Shown piece after piece: positions 55,557 through 64,000 of a DNA stretch of 64,000 bases. This DNA comes from an uncultured bacterium (GTDB lineage Bacteria > Oederibacteriota > Oederibacteriia > Oederibacteriales > Oederibacteriaceae). Under the pieces are notes generated by a model that saw only the letters and a program-made list of their open reading frames with translations, did not search any database and was not told where the DNA came from. The DNA is taken from positions 672,001-736,000 of the forward strand of contig OZ218778.1 in the NCBI GenBank assembly GCA_965112635.1, read 5' to 3'. Position 1 is the stretch's first letter. Each line of letters opens with the position of its first letter. A program made the position numbers and the translations under genes.

Positions 55557-57479
55557 CTATTCTTTCTCATAACCTATTTTTTTTAATGCAGCGGCAGCTG
55601 CATCTCTCACTTGCCAATTCACATGATTTAGTGCTTCTTTTAAAGCTGGGATAGCCACTTGGGCACCGGGACCGATTTCTCCAAGAATAACGGCTGCGTC
55701 TACCTTCCCAAACATATTTTTTTCATTGAGGGTTCCGATCAATGTTGGAATTATCTCCTTAGTTGTAGGCTCAATCTTCCATAGTGCTTTTGCCGCATTG
55801 GTTTTTACAAATGGTTCTTTATCTTTAAGAGCTTTGATCAAAGGAGGAACTGCCTCCTTGGCGCCAGGTCCAATTTCCCCTAAAGTACCTACCGCATCTC
55901 CTCTAACAGACATATTCTTATCACCAAGAAATTTAATTAAATATGGCAATATTACTTTAGCGTCGTGATCAATAGTCCATAAAACACCTGCAGCAGCAAC
56001 CCCTACATATGATTCTTTATCTTTAAGCGTCTTGATTAAAGCTGGCGAAGCTTCTTTGGCATTGGGTCCAATCCTTCCTAATGTACATATCACACCATAT
56101 CTTATGTTTGAATTTTCGTCCCCCAGACCCTCAATAAGTCCTGGCACGGCTTTGACCCCAATACTAACAAGAGCATCTGTTATCTCATCATTTGTGCCTT
56201 CTGCTTCATCTGAATCAAACGCTGTAAAGGCTTGTATTAAAGCAGGAACTGTATTTTTGTCATTAGTTCCAATTTTTTCCAGAGCAAACGCTGCTCCCCC
56301 TCTTGCAAATGAGTCTGAATCTTTAAGGGCCTCAATTAAGACCGGAATTGCTTGCGTGGCACCAGGATCAATTTTTCCTAAGGCATAGGCCGCCTCGCTC
56401 CTAACGCTCGGCTCCTTATCTTTGATTGCTTCAATTAAATAGGGAACTGCTTCTTTCGCTTTTGGACCAATTTTACTTAAAGAGTTGGCGGCACTATTTC
56501 TGACACTACTATCTTCATCAGTGAGGGCTTTTATCAATGAAGGAACTGCTGACTCATCTCCTATCTTGCCAAGAGACCTCGCTGCATCTCTCCTTGCATG
56601 CGGATCTTTAATGTTATTAACAGAATCGCTCAAAACAGAAACTACATCATTTGATTCAGGATCAACTTTCAATAAAGCCTGAGCCGCATCACTTCGCACC
56701 GCTGGGTCTTTATCTTTAAGCGCCTCTCTCAAAGCAGGTATCGCCGTTTTTGCATTTGAACCAATTCTGCCCAGGGCCCGCGCTGAGCCCGATCTTATCT
56801 TTTCGTCGCTATCGCTCATGGCCAAGATAAGGTAAGGCACAGCTTCAACGCCCATCTTTCCCAGAGAGTCAGCCAAACGATAGGAAACCTTTTTATTATC
56901 ATCTTTAAAAGATGTTATCAAAGCTGGAATTACTTCTTTAGTGACAGGCCCAATCTGACCTAGTGCCACCACAGCGCAATATCTGATATTCCAATTTTGA
57001 TCTTTTAAGGCACTAATGAGGTCTGACACCTCTTCCTTGGCTTCAGGGCCAATATGTCCTAGAACAAGTATGGCGCACTTCCTTGAGTCCTGATGTTCAA
57101 GCGCCTCTTTCATTGCTGGAATTGCCGCTGACCCAATTTTTCCTAAAGTTTTCAAAATAAAATTGTAGTCCTCAAACGCATCACTCAGAGATTCTGAATT
57201 TTTATCGTCAAAAGATTTATACTGTTTTTCCCTAGAACTATCTATTTCTGACCCTAATCTTTTAAGAAACTCAAACAAATCTGGAACTGCTTCTTTGGCA
57301 TTCGGGCCGACTTCTCCCAGTTTATTTATCGCATTACGCCTCACCTTTAAATCCTTATCTTTAAGGTCATTGATCAATTCAGGGATAGTTTTATTCCCCG
57401 TTTCAGCACCTATAAAAATGGGGGAATTCATAGCAAAAAGTAAAAAAAGAATAGAGATGGATTTAACTAATCTTTTCAA
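55557..57479 (-). CDS. exported HEAT-repeat (PBS lyase-like) protein
   Basis: Signal peptide then roughly 15 or more repeats of A-V-P-x-L-I-x-A-L-K-D-x-D-x-x-V-R-x-x-A-A-x-A-L-G-x-I-G-P; visibly AT-richer than flanks. Confidence 0.9.
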   Translation of the reverse strand: MKRLVKSISILFLLFAMNSPIFIGAETGNKTIPELINDLKDKDLKVRRNAINKLGEVGPNAKEAVPDLFEFLKRLGSEIDSSREKQYKSFDDKNSESLSDAFEDYNFILKTLGKIGSAAIPAMKEALEHQDSRKCAILVLGHIGPEAKEEVSDLISALKDQNWNIRYCAVVALGQIGPVTKEVIPALITSFKDDNKKVSYRLADSLGKMGVEAVPYLILAMSDSDEKIRSGSARALGRIGSNAKTAIPALREALKDKDPAVRSDAAQALLKVDPESNDVVSVLSDSVNNIKDPHARRDAARSLGKIGDESAVPSLIKALTDEDSSVRNSAANSLSKIGPKAKEAVPYLIEAIKDKEPSVRSEAAYALGKIDPGATQAIPVLIEALKDSDSFARGGAAFALEKIGTNDKNTVPALIQAFTAFDSDEAEGTNDEITDALVSIGVKAVPGLIEGLGDENSNIRYGVICTLGRIGPNAKEASPALIKTLKDKESYVGVAAAGVLWTIDHDAKVILPYLIKFLGDKNMSVRGDAVGTLGEIGPGAKEAVPPLIKALKDKEPFVKTNAAKALWKIEPTTKEIIPTLIGTLNEKNMFGKVDAAVILGEIGPGAQVAIPALKEALNHVNWQVRDAAAAALKKIGYEKE

Positions 57480-57490
57480 AAGTAACCTTC

Positions 57491-59960
57491 CTAACCAACT
57501 TTGTTTAAATCAAACCTATTTTTTCCGTGTTTTAATTGGACAGGTTTGTGGCCAGGCCATTCTAGGATACCTTTGGTCCCTTTAGGCAAGCTGATTTCCA
57601 GACGGACCATGTTGTCTTTTTTAACTTCCCAGGCGACCTCTATCTCCCCGCTGCCTGCCGGCACTTTGCCCTTGGCCCAGGATAGCCCTAAAAGTTTAGG
57701 GGCGATGCGGACCTTGCTCCAAGCCGGAGCTAAGGGCTGCACGCCTAAGACTTGCTGGGACAAATGATACAGCGGACTGCTGGACCAGGCATGGCACAGG
57801 CTGGAAATACCCGGCTGAGCGTCCCAGCTTTCCCAAAAAGTGCTGGTGCCCTTGTCCAGCATCATGCCCCAGCCTTTGCGGATGAAATCCATGGCCTCGG
57901 TAGCAAACCCGGCCTGGAACAGGGCCTTGAGCACATAGGCGTAAAAATAGGGCGTGGCCGACACCAGGTCCTTGCCGGAAATTAAACTCCTCATACCGGG
58001 CAGGATCACATCCCGGCAAAAATGCTCGTGCAGTTCGGGTTTAAAACCCAGCAGGATAGCCCAGGTGTGGCTGTGCTGGCTGATCTGGCTGGATCGCTCT
58101 TTTGTTTTCAGGTCGCACGCCTCGCGGAACACCTTGGCCTGCGGGTCAAAGAACCTCTTGAGCACGGTCCGGGTCACGGCCAGCTCCTGCTCTTTCCACT
58201 GCCTGGCCCTGTCAAGGCGTCCCAGCAGTTTGGCCAGGTCCACGGCTGAACGCAGAGCCGCGATGTATAAAAAGTTAAAGATGGCGCTGTATTGGTCCTT
58301 GATCAGCGGCTGCCAGTCCAGGAAAAGCCAGGTGCCCGGCACCGGCCCCAGCAATTTTTCCTCTCCGGCGTGCCGGCAGAACCAGTCCAAACACTTTTCC
58401 AGGGCCGGAAATACTTCTTCGATCACGTCTTTTTTGCCGGTAAAAAGGAAGTAATACTGCAGGGACATGACCCAGATGAGGTTGAAATCCGGCAGGATGC
58501 AGTCATAGGCCTGGCTGGGAAAAACGCCGAACAAGAGCCCCTCGGGCGTCTGGGACTGGGCTGCCTGGCGGATGCCCCGCCGCAATAAATCAAATTTGCC
58601 GAAGGCGTAGGCCGTGACCCAGGCCTGGACCGTGGCGTCGCCCCACCACTGGCCCTGTTCCCTCCACGGGCAGTCCACATAACTGTCCAGCATGCACACC
58701 CGCTGGGTATGCGCCGCCGTCTCCCATATTTTATTGAGGAGCGGGTCAGAGCAGGAAAAACTGCCTCTTGCTTCCACCGGATAACTGGAGTGTGTCAAGC
58801 TCACTGAAAGGACAATAGGTTTTTTGATCCGGCGCACCGTGACCAGCATATAGCGGAACCCGCGGCTGCCAAAACCTTCCCACTCCTGCTTGCCCTGGCA
58901 ACAGCGGTACCTGTCTGCCATGGCTGATCCTGCAGCTCTCCTCCGGGTCCAAGAGCACGATGGAGCCATCATGGTTCAGGTCCTCGGTGTAAAAAAGGTC
59001 CACCATTTCTCCGCCCAGGGCTTTTTGGATGGCCAGGCGGGGATGGCCCACCACTTCCTTGCCAAAATCCAGCAAAAGCGCTTGGGGTTTTCGATCCTTG
59101 GCCGGTAATATCTCAAAGGTCATTGTGTTCTTGGGTCCAGCCTGGCCAAGCCGGAAAGCCCCTTGTTTGGCTGGCTGCCTTTTTTCATGAAAGAGCAGTA
59201 ATCCCAGGTTGTTATATTTTTCCCAGTTCTTGACTGTGGTCACGCTCCACTGGGACAGCACCTGGCTGGGAGCCATCTCCTTTTCTTCTAAAAAGGAAAT
59301 GCCCCGTGGCTCCAGGCCCGGCCAGGGCATGCGCGGCACAGGCCCGCTGCGGGGCGATTCGGTCCATTTCGAATCGTCAAAACCCGGCAGCATCCAATTA
59401 GGATCGAGCTGGCTGGCGTCAAAATCCTCCTGAAAACCCTGCTGGAATGAGATGCGGTCCGCCATCCGGTTCCACGCCCTGATGACATTGGACTTAGGGA
59501 AACGGGCCGGGATAAGGCCCGGGCACCAGCCCGCCTCAATAGTGCGCCAGGTGGAGTCGGTAGAGAGGGGCACGGTTTTGCCCGGCCCCAGCTCAGCTTC
59601 GCCGTCCAGCAAAAACCCTTCCCAGCCGGTCTCGATGTGGTGGAACATGGTGATTCCAAAATGATGCACCACGGCTGCCAGCACATTGCGGCCTGCCCGT
59701 AAAAACGGGGCGATATCCAGTTCGTCATAGGGCAGGCTGAAGGGATAACCCCGGGCCGGGCCGCGGCACACGAATTTGCCGTTGACGAACAGTTTATACC
59801 GGCTGTCCGCCGTCACCCTGATCCGGGCATGCCGGGGTTTGGAGGCCAGGGTCAGTTCTTTGCGGTATATCCTCCAGTAGTTCCACGGTTCTCCGAGATG
59901 GTCGTCCGCCAGCCAAGTGCACAGCCATTGCCCGGTCCATTTTTTCTGGGTCCCCATCAT
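57491..59960 (-). pseudogene. alpha-L-rhamnosidase (GH78), frameshifted near 58922-58926
   Basis: N-part TADSRYKLFVNG...RGPARG...LLDFGKEVVG in ORF 58746..59993; C-part MADRY...RGFRY...DCPWREQGQWWGD...TFWE...SLCHAWSSSP in ORF 57491..58972; junction ATC AGC C ATG GCA has one extra base. Confidence 0.85.
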
Positions 59961-59967
59961 TTCCTCC

Positions 59968-60942
59968 TTAATTCTTCCAGGAATACTTGCCATACTCTTG
60001 CACGGCCTGTTCCATGGCCGCCAGATGTTCGGGCGGGGTCGGCATCCCCTGATCAGGGCAGCAAAAATATCCGCCCTCCGCTCCCAGCAGTTTTATCTTT
60101 TCTTTAACATCCTGTTTGATCCGCTCTACCGGCCCTTCTATGAGCAGGGCCGTACTGATTCCTCCCTCAAAGGCGATACGCTTGCCTCCGCTGGCGCGGA
60201 GTTTACCCAGGTCGTTGGCCGTGGCCTGGATGGGATTGAGGATATCCACGCCCAATTCCATAAAGATCGGCAGCATGGCCTCCACGTTGCCGCAGGAATG
60301 GAAATGCACCAAAACATTGTTCTTTTTGTAAAGTTCGAACAGCCTGCGGTATTCCTGCACCAGAAAATTTTTTACAATGGCCGGCCCGAGCAAGGGCCCG
60401 TTCTGCGTGCCCAGGTCGTCGCTCATGCCCACCATTTCACAGCCGAGCTTGAGGTAATGCTTGGCCATGCCCAGCTGGAAATCCATGATGCGGTGCAGTA
60501 CCTCCCTGGCAAACTCCGGCTCAGCGTAAAAATATGTCATCATGTTCTCCATGCCCACGAGCAAATAGGATTTTTCCCACAAAGTATCGCGGTTGGACCC
60601 GCAGATAAAGGCATCCTCGGATCTTGGGGTTTCGGCGGCCATTTTGTAGATCTTCCCGCACAGGCGTTCATCGTTGGGGTCTGGCCATTGGTAGGTTTTA
60701 AGGGCGTTCATATTGGCTAATGGGTTGACGCGGGGAAAACCCATGACCTCGGGCTGTTCTTTGTGCCATTCCACGCCCCAGATATCGGTCCATTTGGACC
60801 CCACCGGGCAGTCGTGCCCGCCGCCGTCATAACCCTCGTGGTTGCAGCCCTGGTAACATAAAGTTTGACGGGGCACATAACTCATCACCCGTTCGGGCCG
60901 GTCAAAACGGATTATTCGGAGCGCGTTCTCTTTGTCAGTCAT
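59968..60942 (-). CDS. uroporphyrinogen decarboxylase-family (MtaA/CmuA-like) protein
   Basis: DIWGVEW, WPDP, GMENMM, SDDLGTQNG, FHSCG, NPIQ, GGYFCCPDQ. Confidence 0.85.
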   Translation of the reverse strand: MTDKENALRIIRFDRPERVMSYVPRQTLCYQGCNHEGYDGGGHDCPVGSKWTDIWGVEWHKEQPEVMGFPRVNPLANMNALKTYQWPDPNDERLCGKIYKMAAETPRSEDAFICGSNRDTLWEKSYLLVGMENMMTYFYAEPEFAREVLHRIMDFQLGMAKHYLKLGCEMVGMSDDLGTQNGPLLGPAIVKNFLVQEYRRLFELYKKNNVLVHFHSCGNVEAMLPIFMELGVDILNPIQATANDLGKLRASGGKRIAFEGGISTALLIEGPVERIKQDVKEKIKLLGAEGGYFCCPDQGMPTPPEHLAAMEQAVQEYGKYSWKN

Positions 60943-61064
60943 TGGCCTTTCCTCAACTGGAAACTATACGGAAAATCATATCACGTCCGGGTTTTTGTGG
61001 AATAGACATCCACGTAGGGATTATAATAGGAAAGTTGTTCAAAAAAAGAGGAGGATAAAACTGT

Positions 61065-62108
61065 ATGAGCCAGACGCCCCGTGAAGTCTTTAAGCGTGCC
61101 ATCACTTTCCAAAACCCTGACCGCATCCCCCGCGACCTCTGGACCCTTGGTTGGGCTACCAGCCGCTTCCCGGCGGAAACCGAGGAGCTTCTGCGGCGTT
61201 TTCCACCGGACCTGGTCTCCGCGCCAGCCCCCTATCGTCCTTCTTCCTGTGCCAGAGGCAGCATCTACGACGCCGGCAGCGCGGTAGATGATTGGGGCTG
61301 CGTTTTTGAAAACCTGATGCCCGGCGTGCATGGAGAAGTGCGCAATCCTATCATCAAAACTCTCGATGACTGGAAATCCGTAAAACCGCCCTATGAGACT
61401 TTGCCTGAAAAAAACAGTTCGGCCCGCGACACAGTCAACCGCTTCTGCGGAAACGCGGATAAATTCGTCAGGCAGCCCACCAGCCCGCGTCCGTGGGAGC
61501 GCTACCAGTTCCTCCGCAGTACCGTGGAAGCCATGATGGACGTAGCGCTTATGGAACCAGAGTTCCACTCCCTTCTACGTACCATCCATGAATTTTTCCT
61601 GAAAGAAATGGAGTTCTGGGCCTCGACCGACGTGGACGCGCTGTTTTTCATGGATGACTGGGGTTCGCAGGAGCATCTGCTTATCCATCCTGAGTCCTGG
61701 CGCAAAGTTTTCAAGCCCCTTTACAAGGACTACTGCGACATCGCTCACGCGGCCGGTAAACGCATCATGATGCATTCGGACGGCCAGATACTGGATATCA
61801 TCCCTGACCTTATCGAGATCGGCGTGGACGTGCTCAATTCCCAGCTCTTTTGCATGGATATCGAGGGTTTGGGCCGGATGGCCCGGGGCAAGCTCGCTTT
61901 TTGGGGCGAGATCGACCGCCAGCACATCCTCATCTCACCCGATCCTGAAGTGGGACGGCAAGCAGTCCGCAGGGTGGCTAAAAATCTGCTCACCCCGGCT
62001 GGCGGGGTCATTGCCCTGCTGGAGTTCGGCGTGGGCGCCAATCCGAAAACTGTCCTGGCTATCTATGAAGAATGGGAAAAAGTCGGGAAAGAAGTTTGTA
62101 AGCGGTAA
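61065..62108 (+). CDS. uroporphyrinogen decarboxylase-family (MtaA/CmuA-like) protein
   Basis: SD GAGGAGG; DDWGC, FMDDWGSQ, MHSDG, LNSQLFCM, FWGEIDRQHIL. Confidence 0.85.
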   Translation: MSQTPREVFKRAITFQNPDRIPRDLWTLGWATSRFPAETEELLRRFPPDLVSAPAPYRPSSCARGSIYDAGSAVDDWGCVFENLMPGVHGEVRNPIIKTLDDWKSVKPPYETLPEKNSSARDTVNRFCGNADKFVRQPTSPRPWERYQFLRSTVEAMMDVALMEPEFHSLLRTIHEFFLKEMEFWASTDVDALFFMDDWGSQEHLLIHPESWRKVFKPLYKDYCDIAHAAGKRIMMHSDGQILDIIPDLIEIGVDVLNSQLFCMDIEGLGRMARGKLAFWGEIDRQHILISPDPEVGRQAVRRVAKNLLTPAGGVIALLEFGVGANPKTVLAIYEEWEKVGKEVCKR

Positions 62109-62130
62109 TGCTTCTGGAAAAATTGCGGGT

Positions 62131-62931
62131 TTAAAACTTCCTGGTCATACCGGCCATGAATCCGCCGGGTAAAAAATTAAAAGAGAATTGCAGGTCCTGC
62201 TCTTGGTGTCCGGTCACTATATTGCGCTTTTCTTTTTTGGCCTGTTCCGTGAAAAGGTCCTGCAGCCGGTCTGAGATGATAAATCCCAGTAAAAGGCTTC
62301 CGCCTTTCCACCAGTCATGGTTGATGAACTGTCCCACTCCCGGGATCATGGAGGAGGCGCCTATCCACAAGGCCCGGTCATAGGTGGGGTCCGAGGCCAT
62401 GGCCGTATAGCCCGCGTCCATGGTGGCAAAACTTTGCAGGGTCCATTTGCAAAAACCAAATGCTTCGCTGCAGCGGTCATAAACCGTGACCGGCCCTTCT
62501 TCCTCCCGGGGGGCCACCTCTCTCAAGGTCTGCCAGTTGAGCGCGGTCAGGAAAAGCATGCTGTCGCCCTGAAAATAGCTTTTGTTGGCCAGTTCGCCCA
62601 CTCCGGGCACCACCGAACACGAACCGATCCACAGGCTGCTGCCGTAATCCCGGCCTAACTCCTCGGACACGAGTACCGTGTCGATCATGGAATACCGCTC
62701 CAGCACCATAAAAAGCCCCTCTTGAATGGCCCGGATGGAGTCGGCTTTTTCTTCCGGGAGCGACCGGTTAAAAATCTTTTCCCTTTCTTGGTCGAGCTGG
62801 GCCTGGTTGTCCGGCTGAGTGGCATTGGCGGTTGTGGTCTCCTGGGCCTGAAGAACGGCCTGCCATCCCGTCATCATGACCAAAAGGGAAAGGATAAGAG
62901 TGGTCTTCTTTATTTTTTCTCGGAACATCAT
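62131..62931 (-). CDS. exported or membrane hypothetical protein with internal duplication
   Basis: Start MMFREK after SD GGGAGG; signal peptide; two copies of LWIGxxSxxPGVG(E/Q)xxN...G; C-terminal Phe. Confidence 0.7.
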   Translation of the reverse strand: MMFREKIKKTTLILSLLVMMTGWQAVLQAQETTTANATQPDNQAQLDQEREKIFNRSLPEEKADSIRAIQEGLFMVLERYSMIDTVLVSEELGRDYGSSLWIGSCSVVPGVGELANKSYFQGDSMLFLTALNWQTLREVAPREEEGPVTVYDRCSEAFGFCKWTLQSFATMDAGYTAMASDPTYDRALWIGASSMIPGVGQFINHDWWKGGSLLLGFIISDRLQDLFTEQAKKEKRNIVTGHQEQDLQFSFNFLPGGFMAGMTRKF

Positions 62932-62957
62932 TCCCGCCTCCCTATGTAATGAGTGTC

Positions 62958-64000
<1,043 letters not shown>

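Noticed and set aside
59968-62108. hemE in heme biosynthesis
   Set aside because: No RQAGRY motif and no hem genes nearby; motifs fit the MtaA/CmuA-like branch.

Overview
64 kb of bacterial chromosome (no rRNA, CRISPR array, prophage or intact transposase seen), probably from an anaerobic diderm: it has NfnAB, TonB-ExbBD, PilT and many glycoside hydrolases. Core block on the minus strand: pyk-ispF-cysE-cysS-proS-rmuC ... rpsB-tsf-pyrH-frr-uppS-cdsA-dxr-rseP-NTase-lemA-rlmB, plus thyX, partial serS, acs, satP, uppP and tRNA-Thr(UGU). Accessory content: GH38, GH4, GH116, GH2 and GH78 enzymes, URO-D-family proteins, HEAT and TPR proteins, a MazEF-type toxin-antitoxin pair and several c-di-GMP parts. 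Most notable: (1) three small paralogous proteins built from five copies of an unrecognised ~48-aa module ending in DRR...ERR, two downstream of a double-PilZ/HEAT/hemerythrin cluster and one behind a sigmaE-type promoter; (2) a diguanylate cyclase fused to a glycogen-binding CBM48/AMPK-beta module, heading an exbB-exbD-tonB operon; (3) a ~174-bp five-hairpin palindromic element inserted in frame in a cupin gene, with other palindromic mini-elements inside core operons; (4) a TA cassette between 24-bp direct repeats; (5) a histidine kinase lacking its His and N-box; (6) gene decay (an internally deleted URO-D remnant, an amber-interrupted hemerythrin, three frameshifts) and two probable non-canonical starts (CTG, ATA). 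All assignments are from motif recognition by eye; no database searches were run.
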